In this document: positions 10,269-19,550 of the stretch, piece by piece
How positions within the stretch are numbered: position 1 is the first letter of the stretch
Layout: the number at the start of each line of letters is the position of its first letter
Assembly (NCBI GenBank): GCA_963768655.1
Contig: CAVYIM010000006.1
Location: 32,001 to 96,000 of the forward strand
DNA from: an uncultured Chloroflexia bacterium
Lineage (GTDB): Bacteria; Chloroflexota; Limnocylindria; Limnocylindrales; CSP1-4
Direction: 5' to 3'
DNA: 64,000 bases
The notes under the pieces: model-generated
What the model was told of the DNA's origin: nothing
The model's input: only the letters and a program-made list of their open reading frames with translations
Databases searched by the model: none
Program-made: the position numbers and the translations under genes

Positions 10269-11326
10269 CGGGCAAGCTGAACACTCCCAGGGCTGCGCAC
10301 CGGGACCCCGGCGCCGAGTGGGCCGCGCTCGGGACCCCGGCGGGCGGGTGGGCCACGCACCCGACCCCGGCCGGCGGGTGGGCGGCGCTCGCGGCCGATA
10401 TCGCCCGCGTCGTCGGGGTGCGGCCGCGCCGCGACGAGATGCTCTCCCGCCACACGACGATGCGCGTCGGAGGTCCGGCGGATCTGATGGCGGTCGCCCA
10501 CGACGCAACACAGCTTGCCGCGCTGGTTCGTTTCGCCCGCGTGGTCGGGTTGCCGCACGCGGTCATCGGTCGCGGCAGCAATCTGGTGGTGAGCGACGCC
10601 GGCGTCCGCGGCCTGGTCATCCTCTCGCGGGCGGAGAGATGCCGCGTCGAGGGCACTCGTCTCATCGCCGAGGCTGGCGTGCCACTGGCTCGCGCCGCCA
10701 CGCTCGCCCAGCGGGCCGGCCTGAGCGGGCTGGAGTTCGGGCTGGCAATCCCCGGCACGGTGGGTGGCGCGGTCTGGGCCAACGCCGGCGCCCACGGCTC
10801 CGACATGGCCACCGTCGTCGAATCGGTCCGCATCCTGCGCGCCGACGGCACGGAGGCGGACGAGCCGGCCGCGGCGCTCGGCCTGGCTTATCGCGACAGC
10901 CGGCTCAAGCACGAGGCAGGGCGGCGGAGCGGCGCCGGTACCGAGGCGGTCCTGGAGGTCGCGCTCCGACTCACGCCGGCCGATCCAGCCGCGATCAAGA
11001 CGCGCCTCGACGAGATACGCCGCTGGCGCCGGGAGCATCAGCCGCTCAACCTGCCTAGCGCGGGGAGCATCTTCCGCAATCCGCCGGGCGACTCGGCCGG
11101 CCGCCTCATCGACGCCGCCGGGCTCAAAGGGGCCCGCATCGGCGGCGCCGCGATCAGCGAGCGGCATGCCAACTTCATAGTCAACGATCGGGGGGCCACC
11201 GCCGCCGACATCCGCCGCCTGGCGGACATGGCCCGTGCGGAGGTCGCGCGCAGGTTCGGAGTCGACCTGGTATACGAGGTTCAGTTCATGGGCGATTGGT
11301 CCGACTGGGGTCAGGAGGAGAGATGA
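10265..11326 (+). CDS. murB: UDP-N-acetylenolpyruvoylglucosamine reductase
   Basis: HTTMRVGGPA, GRGSNL, IPGTVGGAVWANAGA, SAGSIFRNP, HANFIVN; GTG overlaps the murG stop. Confidence 0.94.
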   Translation: MTGKLNTPRAAHRDPGAEWAALGTPAGGWATHPTPAGGWAALAADIARVVGVRPRRDEMLSRHTTMRVGGPADLMAVAHDATQLAALVRFARVVGLPHAVIGRGSNLVVSDAGVRGLVILSRAERCRVEGTRLIAEAGVPLARAATLAQRAGLSGLEFGLAIPGTVGGAVWANAGAHGSDMATVVESVRILRADGTEADEPAAALGLAYRDSRLKHEAGRRSGAGTEAVLEVALRLTPADPAAIKTRLDEIRRWRREHQPLNLPSAGSIFRNPPGDSAGRLIDAAGLKGARIGGAAISERHANFIVNDRGATAADIRRLADMARAEVARRFGVDLVYEVQFMGDWSDWGQEER

Positions 11327-12486
11327 GCGGCGACATGACCGACCCGAAGACGCGCACGACCGAGCGCCGCAGAGAAGGCAAGGCAGTCGCAGTGCTGCTG
11401 GGCGGACCCTCCGCCGAGCACGACGTCTCGGTCGTTTCGGGTTGGGCGATCGCCGACGCCCTGTCGGATTCCGGGTACGCCGTCGAGCGGTACTTCATCG
11501 ACCTCTCGGGCCGGTGGTGGCAGGTCCCGGCCACAGCCGTTTCGGGCCGGCCCCGTCCCGGCACTTTCGACGACCCGGCCGCCGTGGGCGCTCGGGGGCC
11601 GTGGCAGCCCGCCGAGGCGCTCGGTCGCATCGCCGCGCGCCCCGTAGCCCCGATCGTCTTTCCCGCGCTCCACGGTCCGTTCGGCGAGGACGGCACCGTC
11701 CAGGCCCTGCTCGAAGCCTACGATCTGGCGTACGCCGGAGCGGGCGTGGCCGCCTCGGCGGTCGGAATGGACAAGGCGGTGTTCAAGCGCCTGGTCCGCG
11801 GCCTGGGCATGCCGGTCGTGGAATGGGTGGAGATCACGGGGCCGCGCTGGGCGGGCGCGCGTCAGGCCGTCCTCGAGGAGGTCGCCGCCTTTTCAGAGCG
11901 CTGCAACGAGCGCCGGCTGATGGTCAAGCCGGCCCGCATGGGGTCGTCGGTGGGGATGTCGATCGCACATACCGCGGCCGAACGCGGGCGGGCCCTCGAC
12001 GAGGCCTTCCGGTTCGACAGCCTGGCCATCGTCGAGCGCTATCTCGACCACCCGCGCGAGCTCGAGGTCGCGGTCGTGGGCAACGACCCGGCCGACCTGG
12101 CAGCCTACGGGCCGGGCGAGGTTTTCCCGGGCCGGGAGTTCTACGACTACGTGGCCAAGTACAGCGACGGCGTCTCCGAGGTGACGCCGAAAGCGGACGT
12201 TCCCGAGGCCCTGGGCACGCGGATCCGTTCCGTCGCCGTGGACGCCTACCGCGCCATCGGCTGCGAGGGCTTCGCCCGTGTCGACTTCCTGCTTGCCGGC
12301 GACACGGTCTACCTCAACGAGATCAACACCATCCCGGGCTTCACTCCCATCAGCCTCTTTCCGCAGATGGCGGCAACGGGTCTGGGCAGCTTTGGGGCCG
12401 TCTGCCGGCGCATCGTGCAGCTGGCCGAGGAGCGTCAGGCGGCGCGCGTCCGGAGCCGTCTGACCACCGCGGACCTGCCGCGCTGA
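11323..12486 (+). CDS. ddl: D-Ala-D-Ala ligase
   Basis: GGPSAEHDVS, LHGPFGEDG, GSSVG, FYDYVAKY, NEINTIPG. Confidence 0.95.
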   Translation: MSGDMTDPKTRTTERRREGKAVAVLLGGPSAEHDVSVVSGWAIADALSDSGYAVERYFIDLSGRWWQVPATAVSGRPRPGTFDDPAAVGARGPWQPAEALGRIAARPVAPIVFPALHGPFGEDGTVQALLEAYDLAYAGAGVAASAVGMDKAVFKRLVRGLGMPVVEWVEITGPRWAGARQAVLEEVAAFSERCNERRLMVKPARMGSSVGMSIAHTAAERGRALDEAFRFDSLAIVERYLDHPRELEVAVVGNDPADLAAYGPGEVFPGREFYDYVAKYSDGVSEVTPKADVPEALGTRIRSVAVDAYRAIGCEGFARVDFLLAGDTVYLNEINTIPGFTPISLFPQMAATGLGSFGAVCRRIVQLAEERQAARVRSRLTTADLPR

Positions 12487-12493
12487 GGGCGCC

Positions 12494-13660
12494 GTGCCGA
12501 TGCCGATGAGACGCGATCTGCCGCTCCGCCGCACAGGAGTGCAGGTCCGGCGCCAGCCGATCCGCCGGGCATCGGCGCCACGGCTCCGCTCGACGCAGAT
12601 CTATGCCCTGGTGCTGATGTTCCTGTGCGTGCTGACGATCATCTCGCTCGGCAGCTCGTCCCTCTTCGTGGCCCGGCACCTCGAGGTCCACGGCGCGACA
12701 TTCACCGGCGAGCAGGCCGTGAGCCAGATCGTAGGTATGGACGGCTCCCCGAATCTCTTCCGCCTTCGCACCGACCGGGTCGCCCAGGCGCTGGCCGCAC
12801 TGCCGGCCGTCGAGTCGGCCCGGGTCGAAGTCAAGCTGCCGGACACCGTCGTCGTCACCGTCGTCGAGCGTCAGCCCAAGCTGATCTGGGTGATCGGCGA
12901 TCGGCGCTATGTCGTCGACGACACCGGCCTTCTCTTCGGCGAGGTGGATTCGGTCGGCAATCCCGTATACCCGACGCCCGGAAGCCTGAACCCGTCGAGC
13001 GCGGCACCCAGCCAGTCCGCCGGCGCGTCAGGTTCGAGCCCCGGCGCCTCCGCCAGCGGGCCCGCGTCGACCGATTCTCCCGATGACAGCGCGAATGCCG
13101 GCGCGGACGAGGGGTCGGCACGGGGCCAGCCCATCGGCGCGGTGATGATGGCGGCGAAGGCGACGCCCAGGGCCAGCACGGCCGCCAGCCCGACGCCGGA
13201 GCCCAGCCCGACAGCGACCCTGGAACCGGTCCCATCGCTCCTGCCGGTTCCCACGGCCGATCCGGCCGCGACGGCGGGCCCGCAGGTCGTGAACCTGCCC
13301 GCCGTCTACGATCGTCGCGCCGACGACGCCGACCTGTCACTCGGCGACGTCGTGGACCCGATCACGCTCGATGCCGCGTATCGCCTGGCCGGCATCACCC
13401 CGGCCGACGTCGGCAGCCAGGCGTCGAGCCTGGACATCGTCGTCGACGACCAGTACGGCTTCACCTTGAGCTCCGGCCCGAACGGCTGGGTGGCCGACTT
13501 CGGGTTCTACACCGAGACTCTGCGCAAAGACACGGTCATACCCGAGCAAGTGCGCGACCTGCGGTCGCTGCTGCTGCAATACGGCGAGAGCCACGTCGCG
13601 TGGGTCTTCCTCGTCGCGGATATCGCGGACAATCACATCGACACGTACATTGCCCGCTGA
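12494..13660 (+). CDS. ftsQ: FtsQ/DivIB POTRA protein with a long Ser/Pro/Ala insert
   Basis: TM followed by a POTRA-like segment (LPAVESARVEVKLPDTVVVTVVER); lies between ddl and ftsA. Confidence 0.8.
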   Translation: MPMPMRRDLPLRRTGVQVRRQPIRRASAPRLRSTQIYALVLMFLCVLTIISLGSSSLFVARHLEVHGATFTGEQAVSQIVGMDGSPNLFRLRTDRVAQALAALPAVESARVEVKLPDTVVVTVVERQPKLIWVIGDRRYVVDDTGLLFGEVDSVGNPVYPTPGSLNPSSAAPSQSAGASGSSPGASASGPASTDSPDDSANAGADEGSARGQPIGAVMMAAKATPRASTAASPTPEPSPTATLEPVPSLLPVPTADPAATAGPQVVNLPAVYDRRADDADLSLGDVVDPITLDAAYRLAGITPADVGSQASSLDIVVDDQYGFTLSSGPNGWVADFGFYTETLRKDTVIPEQVRDLRSLLLQYGESHVAWVFLVADIADNHIDTYIAR

Positions 13661-13750
13661 GAGGCGGTAGGCGAACTGCCCCGGTCGGACGCGGCCGGAT
13701 CGGTCAAGATTAGCGAGACGGAGCGAGACACTAGACCGAGGACTGAGCGA

Positions 13751-14983
13751 GTGGAACGCGAAGCGGTACTGGTCGGAATCGACGTCGGTACGAGCAAGGT
13801 TTGCGCGCTCATCGGCGAGGTGGGGCGCGATGGCGGCCTGACCATCGTCGGCAAGGGCGTCGTGCCGTCGGCTGGTCTGAAGAAGGCCGTCGTCGTCAAC
13901 ATCGAGCAGACGGTCCGGTCGATCGCCGGCGCCGTCGAGCATTCGGAGCGCTCCTCCGGATATCAGATCGACCGCGCCTTCGTGGGGGTCGGCGGTCAGC
14001 ATGTCGAGAGCCAGAACTCACGCGGCGCGGTCGCCGTCAGCGGCCACCACCGCGAGGTGACCCGAGAGGACATCCTCCGCGCGACGGAAGTCGCGCGCGC
14101 CGTCACGATCCCGTCGAACCGCGAGGTCCTGCACGTCCTGCCGCGCGGCTTCATCGTCGATGGCCAGGAGGGGGTCAAGGATCCCCTCGGCATGAGCGCC
14201 ATCCGCCTCGAGATCGAGACCCACATCGTCACCGCCTCCGCGACGGCGGTTCGGAACCTGGCCAAGTGCGTGCAGTCGGCCAACGTCAAGATCGACGAGC
14301 TGGTGGCAGCCTCCCTCGCTTCGGCCGAGGCGGTTTTGTCCGAGACGGAGCGTGACCTGGGCGTCGCCGTCGTCGACATCGGCGCCGGCACGATCGATCT
14401 GGCGCTCTTCATCGACGGCCAGGCCTACAAGACCGCGGTCCTGCCGGTCGGCGGCAACAACGTCACCAACGACGTCGCGATCGGTCTCAAGACCACTCTG
14501 CAGGTCGCCGAGGAGCTGAAGATCCAGCACGGCAGCTGCGACCTCTCGACCGTTCGAGCCGACGAGATGATCAGCGTCTCGATGCTGGGCGAGCCGGCCG
14601 GCCGGACGGTCAGCCGCCTGGACATCTGCCAGATCATCGAGGCCCGCATGCGCGAAACCTTCGAGCTTCTGCGGGCCGAGATTCGAATGGCCGGCGAGGG
14701 CATGCTTCCGGCCGGTGTCGTCCTGACGGGCGGCTCCGCTCAACTCGGCGGAGCGGCGGCTCTGGGCCGCGAAGTCCTGGACATGCCGGTCCGGGTGGCC
14801 GGCCCCACGGACGTCGGTGGCCTTACCGACAACATCCTGAACCCGGCCTACAGCACCGCGATCGGGCTGCTGCTGTGGGGCGCCAGGGGCCTCGAAGGCG
14901 CCGACGGATCGCGCTACGAATCCGCGCCGGCGGGCGGCGCGGCGGGCCGGGTCCGCGACGCTCTCCGCCACCTGTTCCCCTGA
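13751..14983 (+). CDS. ftsA: Cell division protein FtsA
   Basis: GIDVGTSKV, VDIGAGT, VVLTGGSA, YSTAIGLL. Confidence 0.96.
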   Translation: MEREAVLVGIDVGTSKVCALIGEVGRDGGLTIVGKGVVPSAGLKKAVVVNIEQTVRSIAGAVEHSERSSGYQIDRAFVGVGGQHVESQNSRGAVAVSGHHREVTREDILRATEVARAVTIPSNREVLHVLPRGFIVDGQEGVKDPLGMSAIRLEIETHIVTASATAVRNLAKCVQSANVKIDELVAASLASAEAVLSETERDLGVAVVDIGAGTIDLALFIDGQAYKTAVLPVGGNNVTNDVAIGLKTTLQVAEELKIQHGSCDLSTVRADEMISVSMLGEPAGRTVSRLDICQIIEARMRETFELLRAEIRMAGEGMLPAGVVLTGGSAQLGGAAALGREVLDMPVRVAGPTDVGGLTDNILNPAYSTAIGLLLWGARGLEGADGSRYESAPAGGAAGRVRDALRHLFP

Positions 14984-14996
14984 ACCGAGCCAGCCC

Positions 14997-15401
14997 GTGA
15001 AGAGGCAGGAGCTGACCATCGAGACCGGCCGGCGCCGCGGGCTGCATGATCTGACCGCGGCCTGCGAGCAATTCGTCGCCGGCGAAGGCGACGGGCTGCT
15101 CGTCGTTTTCGTCCCCCACGCCACGGCCGGGGTCGTGGTCGTGGAGCTGGGCGCCGGGTCCGACGCCGACCTGATGGCGACCCTGGATCGGCTGCTTCCT
15201 CGGAGCGCCAGCTGGGTTCACCAGCACGGCGCGCCCGGCCACGGCGCCGACCACGTGCTGCCCCTGCTGGCGCCGCCGTCGCTGACGGTGCCCGTGGTTG
15301 CCGGTCGTCTCACGCTCGGCAGCTGGCAGTCCATCGCTCTCCTGGACCCCAATTCGGACAACTCCGTTCGGACCGTTCTATTGACCTTCGCGCCAGCCTG
15401 A
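14997..15401 (+). CDS. yjbQ: YjbQ/UPF0047 family protein
   Basis: PHATAG, HQHG..GHGADH, LGSWQSI. Confidence 0.85.
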   Translation: MKRQELTIETGRRRGLHDLTAACEQFVAGEGDGLLVVFVPHATAGVVVVELGAGSDADLMATLDRLLPRSASWVHQHGAPGHGADHVLPLLAPPSLTVPVVAGRLTLGSWQSIALLDPNSDNSVRTVLLTFAPA

Positions 15402-15464
15402 GACCGCCCGCTCGGGCGGCTGCCGAGGGAACTCCCGGCGTCGGGCGGCTCCGCGTCCCAGATG

Positions 15465-15556
15465 CGCACATTTGTTCGTATCGCACGCTCAGAGGTCGCG
15501 TTTCAGCGTGCGATTCAGAGGGCATGCAAACGAAACTCGGCGTATACTTGTCCACA
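15465..15556 (+). promoter_or_regulatory. Candidate ftsZ promoter region with -10 box, DnaA box, LexA-like site and an inverted repeat
   Basis: TATACT 15543-48 overlapping TTGTCCACA 15548-56; CGCAC-ATTT-GTTCG 15465-78; perfect 10-bp inverted repeat 15480-89/15505-14. Confidence 0.45.
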
Positions 15557-15651
15557 TCCGAGCCGGCCCTGCACAGCGCTACACCTCTACCAATCTCGGG
15601 CGGCCGGACCGAACGACAGGCATCTGCCGGAGAGCCACCGGAGGATAAGAA

Positions 15652-16923
15652 ATGCCGCTACGGTCCGATTCCGAGAACTTCGCCCTGATACGTGTCATCG
15701 GTGTCGGGGGCGGCGGGTCCAACGCCGTCAACCGGATGATCCGGGCCGAGATGATGGGCGTGGAGTTCATCGCCTGCAATACGGATGCCCAGGCCCTTCT
15801 CCAGTCAGACGCGCCCCACAAGATTCGCATCGGCGACAAGATCACGCGCGGTCTCGGGGCGGGCGGCGATGCCTCCATAGGCCAGCGGGCGGCTGAGGAA
15901 GACGCCGAGAAGATCACCGACGCGCTGCGTGATTCAGACATGGTCTTCATCACGGCCGGACTGGGCGGCGGCACTGGCTCTGGCGCCGCCCCGATCGTAG
16001 CCGAGATCGCTCGGGACCTGGGCGCGCTCACGATTGGCGTCGTTACCAAGCCCTTCGCCTTCGAGGGTGTCCGCCGCAAGCTGGTGGCTGAGCGAGCGGC
16101 CGAAGCTCTCAAAGCCAAGGTGGACACGCTCATCACCATCCCCAACGATCGACTGCGCGACGTCGTCCAGAAGAACACCTCGTTGGTCGAGGCCTTCCGT
16201 TTCGTCGACGACGTCCTGCGCCAGGGCGTCCAGGGGATCAGCGACATCATCACCGTTCCCGGCCTGATCAACCTCGACTTCGCCGACGTTCGAGCCGTCA
16301 TGAAGGATGCCGGGTCGGCCCTGATGGGCATCGGTCGGGCGACCGGCGACAACCGGGCCCTCGACGCGACCCGCCAGGCTATCGCTAGCCCGCTCTTGGA
16401 GATCAGCATCAACGGCGCCCAGGGCATCCTGTTCAACGTCTCGGGCTCGTCCAACCTCAGCCTGTTCGAGGTCACCGAAGCCGCCGAGGAGATCCGCTCC
16501 GTGGCGGATCCGGAGGCGAACATCATCTTCGGCACGAGCTTCGACGACCGCCTCGGCGACGAGGTCATGATCACCGTCATCGCCACGGGCTTCGACGCCA
16601 GTCGCAAGCGCGAGTCCGCGCGGCGAGAGGCGGGTGCGGCCACACCGGGCACCGGCTACTCACAGCGCACGGACACCGCGGACTTCCTGGCGGAGCTGGA
16701 GCGCCAGCGCATCCACTCGGTGGAGCCGGTGCCGGTCCATATGCGGGGCGCGGGAACGTACGGTCCCACGGGCACGCTCGAGCGCGCCCCGGTGCCGGTG
16801 CCGATCCAGACCACGCCATCCGTTCGCCGGCCGCAAGTCGATCGGCCGCGGCCCACCTACGACGACACGGATCTCGAGATCCCGAGCTTCCTGCGGCGGC
16901 CGCCGCAGGAGGAGCAGGCGTAG
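15652..16923 (+). CDS. ftsZ: Cell division protein FtsZ
   Basis: [28 protein letters not shown]-terminal LEIPSFLRR. Confidence 0.98.
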   Translation: MPLRSDSENFALIRVIGVGGGGSNAVNRMIRAEMMGVEFIACNTDAQALLQSDAPHKIRIGDKITRGLGAGGDASIGQRAAEEDAEKITDALRDSDMVFITAGLGGGTGSGAAPIVAEIARDLGALTIGVVTKPFAFEGVRRKLVAERAAEALKAKVDTLITIPNDRLRDVVQKNTSLVEAFRFVDDVLRQGVQGISDIITVPGLINLDFADVRAVMKDAGSALMGIGRATGDNRALDATRQAIASPLLEISINGAQGILFNVSGSSNLSLFEVTEAAEEIRSVADPEANIIFGTSFDDRLGDEVMITVIATGFDASRKRESARREAGAATPGTGYSQRTDTADFLAELERQRIHSVEPVPVHMRGAGTYGPTGTLERAPVPVPIQTTPSVRRPQVDRPRPTYDDTDLEIPSFLRRPPQEEQA

Positions 16924-16935
16924 CCGCTGGCCGCC

Positions 16936-17661
16936 TTGGCCGGTCCCGATCCCGAAGACGTAGCGGCGTTTTCGGCCGCGCGTGCGCGCCTCCTTTCGGT
17001 CGTCGACAATGCGTGCCGGCGGGTCGGGCGCGACCCTGAGCGCGTCCAGCTCGTTGCCGTCTCCAAGACCGTACCCGCCGTGCGGTTGGGCGCTGCCGTC
17101 GCGGCCGGGCTGACGGTCCTCGGCGAGAACCGTGTCCAGGAGGCCGAATCGAAGGCACCATTGCTGCCGGGCGCGAGCTGGCATCTGATCGGCCCGCTGC
17201 AGTCGAACAAGGCCCGCCGGGCGGTCGAGCTCTTCGACGTCATCGAGTCGGTCGACTCGCTCGATCTGGCACGCAGGCTCGATCGGCTGGCCGGCGAGCT
17301 CGGCCGGGCGCCTCTGCGCATCTATCTGCAGGTGAACGTGGACCGCGACGAGGCGAAGGCCGGCTTTCTGCCCGAAGCCCTGGCGGTGGAGCTGGCCGAG
17401 CTCGCGGGGCTGCCGAATCTGCGCTTGCTGGGGCTGATGACGGTCGGCCGGCTGGTGGGTTCGGCCGAGGAGGCAAGGCCCACGTTCCGGCGGTTGCGGG
17501 AGCTGTCTGGGCGGCTGCGCGGGGCGCCCGGGCTCGGCGCGCCCGGGCTCGGCGCGGGGCTGTCGATGGGCATGACGGACGACTACCCTGTGGCCGTGGA
17601 GGAGGGCGCCACGGTCATCCGCGTCGGCCGAGCCCTGTTCGGGGCGCGGCCGGCCGGGTAG
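16936..17661 (+). CDS. yggS: PLP homeostasis protein
   Basis: LVAVSKT, GENRVQE, HLIGPLQSNK, LSMGMTDDY, IRVGRALFG. Confidence 0.95.
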   Translation: MAGPDPEDVAAFSAARARLLSVVDNACRRVGRDPERVQLVAVSKTVPAVRLGAAVAAGLTVLGENRVQEAESKAPLLPGASWHLIGPLQSNKARRAVELFDVIESVDSLDLARRLDRLAGELGRAPLRIYLQVNVDRDEAKAGFLPEALAVELAELAGLPNLRLLGLMTVGRLVGSAEEARPTFRRLRELSGRLRGAPGLGAPGLGAGLSMGMTDDYPVAVEEGATVIRVGRALFGARPAG

Positions 17662-17748
17662 GGGTGAGCAGGCGTCTGCGGGCCGCCGGGCGGGATGATC
17701 GGGCCGTCGAGTGGCGACTTTACGGAACGCGACCATAATCGGGACGCG

Positions 17749-18064
17749 ATGGAATCCGATTTTCGTTTCGCGGATCGAACGCGCCGCTCGGAGGTTCGAA
17801 TTCGCCGTGCGCCTGACGCCCCGTGGCGGCGCCGATCGAGTCGACGGCGTGAATGAGGAGGGCGTGCTGCAGGCCAGGGTTTCGGCGCCGCCCGTCGGCG
17901 GTGCCGCGAATGCCGCCCTCGTCAGGCTCCTGGCCGATGAGCTGAACGTCGCCCGCAGCGGCGTGCGCCTCGTGGCGGGCGCGACCGGGCGGCACAAGCT
18001 CGTGGTCGTCGAGGGAGTCTCGCCCGAGGAGATCGCGGCCCGCTGGCCCGGCCTCAAGCTGTAG
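17749..18064 (+). CDS. yggU: DUF167/YggU protein, possibly with an extra base near 17800
   Basis: FAVRLTPRG, ARVSAPPVGGAANAAL, GATGRHK. ATG 17749 joins this frame only if one A in CGAATTC is removed; alternative in-frame GTG at 17711. Confidence 0.85.
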
Positions 18065-18106
18065 GGAGTGGCGCCGGCAGGCCGTCCCCGTCGCGGCGTG
18101 GCGCGC

Positions 18107-18372
18107 GCGGCCCCGGCCCAATCGCGGCGCGGCCCCGGCCCAATCGCGGCGCGGCCCCGGCGCGGCCCGAGCTCGGTCGCCCCAGTACGGCCCGGCCCAA
18201 TCGCTTGGGCTCCCCCGGCGCGGCCCGGCCGTCGCCGGCCGTCGCAGCCGGGGCCCGCCCCGGCGCGGCTAGTCGCGGCCCCGGCTGTCGCGGCGAGGCC
18301 CGTCGCGGCCCGAGCTCGGTCGCCCCAGCACGGCCCGGTCCAATCGGCTTGGGCTCCCCCGGCCCAATCGCT
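18107..18372. repeat. GC-rich patchwork of direct repeats
   Basis: 22-bp unit at 18107-28 and 18129-50; ~58-bp unit at 18161-218 and 18304-362; recurring CCAATCG core. Confidence 0.85.
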
Positions 18373-18380
18373 CCGGGGCA

Positions 18381-18575
18381 TCTGGTCAGACTTGCGCCCC
18401 ATGAGAGTTGGAGCGGATGAGACCGCCTCCGGCGTCCCCGGACCGGTCATCGGCCGCCCATCGAGCCCGCGCCCGAGCGTGGCCTTGGTGGTCGCGCGTG
18501 CTCCCGCCGCTTCACCACCCGCTGCAGGGCCGCGATCGGATGGCCAACTTTCGCTCCAGGCAAGTTCGGACCAGA
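18381..18575 (-). repeat. Inverted-repeat-bounded unit, copy A, overlapping the 3' end of the XRE-nuclease gene
   Basis: TCTGGTCAGACTTG-N7-TGAGAGTTG at 18381-410 and a degenerate inverse at 18545-575; homologous along its length to 32900-33123. Confidence 0.9.
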
Positions 18576-19227
18576 AGGCGATGCCGGATTCGGGCCCACG
18601 CTCGGGGTGGAGGAAGAGGGGCCCAAGGGATCTACCGTCTCGCGAGAGGGCCGACCTCAGCAGGGTGCGGTGGTCGGCGACCCTGCGGCGGTTGGTGCTC
18701 GAGGCGGCGACTATCAGCCAGCCACTTACGGATCGGGCCGGCCAACCGCGGCTCGCCGCGATTTGGGCCGCCAGCCGGCGCTTCCGGTCGAGCGTCCCGA
18801 TGAGCTCGTCCACGTCGACGATGGCGGTCTTGAGCTCGATCACCGCGACCGAGCCCGTTGCGGCGTGCCAGGCCAGGAGGTCGATGACTCCGCGCTCGCC
18901 GTAGATGGCGAAGGAAACCTCGGCAACCACGACCCAGCCGGGCCGGCGTGCGATCCAATCAGCGACGTGTTCGCCCAGTGCCGCATGTCGGGCGTTGATG
19001 ACGCGGTCGAACTCGCCGCCGGCTGATCTCGGGACGAGTTCCAGGCTGACGCCGAGCTTCGCCGCGATTCCGCGCAGAACGCGCAGCGATGCCCGATCGA
19101 GTTCGCCGTGCTCCAAGCGAGACACGAGCGCGGCTGACACTCCGGCCTGCGCCCCCAGATCGATCTGACGCAGGCGGCGCCTGACGCGAGCGGCTCTGAG
19201 CGCGAGGCCGAGGTGGAGATCATCCAT
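18447..19227 (-). CDS. XRE-type HTH fused to a PD-(D/E)XK nuclease-like domain (~259 aa; extra base near 18565)
   Basis: HTH LRQIDLGAQAGVSAALVSRLEHG; AEVSF..GERGVIDLLAWH...VIELKT. Removing one base gives FWSDLPGAKVGHPIAALQRVVKRR...GR* with its stop at 18447. Confidence 0.8.
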
Positions 19228-19349
19228 CTACGCCAGGATGGACCGCGCGCCTCAACTTGCACTTATCTGGCGATTGCCCCCACGTCTCCGTGCCCCGCCT
19301 TCGGGCGCCAGGGGCGCGGTGTCGGCCCCGCCTTCTGTCGCCCGCCCGG

Positions 19350-19355
19350 TATAAT
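19350..19355 (+). promoter_or_regulatory. -10 box of the tRNA promoter
   Basis: Perfect TATAAT 31 nt before the tRNA in otherwise GC-rich DNA. Confidence 0.6.
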
Positions 19356-19386
19356 CGGCCTCCGTCGCCGCCCCGACGCATGACGT

Positions 19387-19463
19387 GGGCGATTAGCTCA
19401 GCTGGTTAGAGCGCGCGGTTCACATCCGCGAGGTCACTGGTTCGAGTCCAGTATCGCCCACCA
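19387..19463 (+). tRNA. tRNA-Val(CAC)
   Basis: Acceptor stem GGGCGAT/ATCGCCC, D arm TAGCTCAGCTGGTTAGAGC, anticodon loop TT-CAC-AT, GGTTCGAGTCC, encoded CCA. Confidence 0.97.
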
Positions 19464-19550
19464 ATCGCTCCTCTTCCTTTAGGCTGACATCGCCCGCGGC
19501 CGGCGGCTGGCGCCGCCCACCGGCGCCGCCCACCGGCGCTGCGCGGGGCG

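Noticed and set aside
18107-18372. Possible CRISPR or guide array
   Set aside because: Units are irregular, there are no constant repeats with unique spacers, and no cas genes are present.
18068-18904. 278-aa Pro/Arg/Ala-rich plus-strand ORF
   Set aside because: It is a translation of GC repeats and of the antisense strand of the nuclease gene.
16660-19227. 855-aa minus-strand ORF
   Set aside because: Only the first ~220 aa are coding. The rest is read-through past a frameshift, antisense to yggU, yggS and ftsZ.
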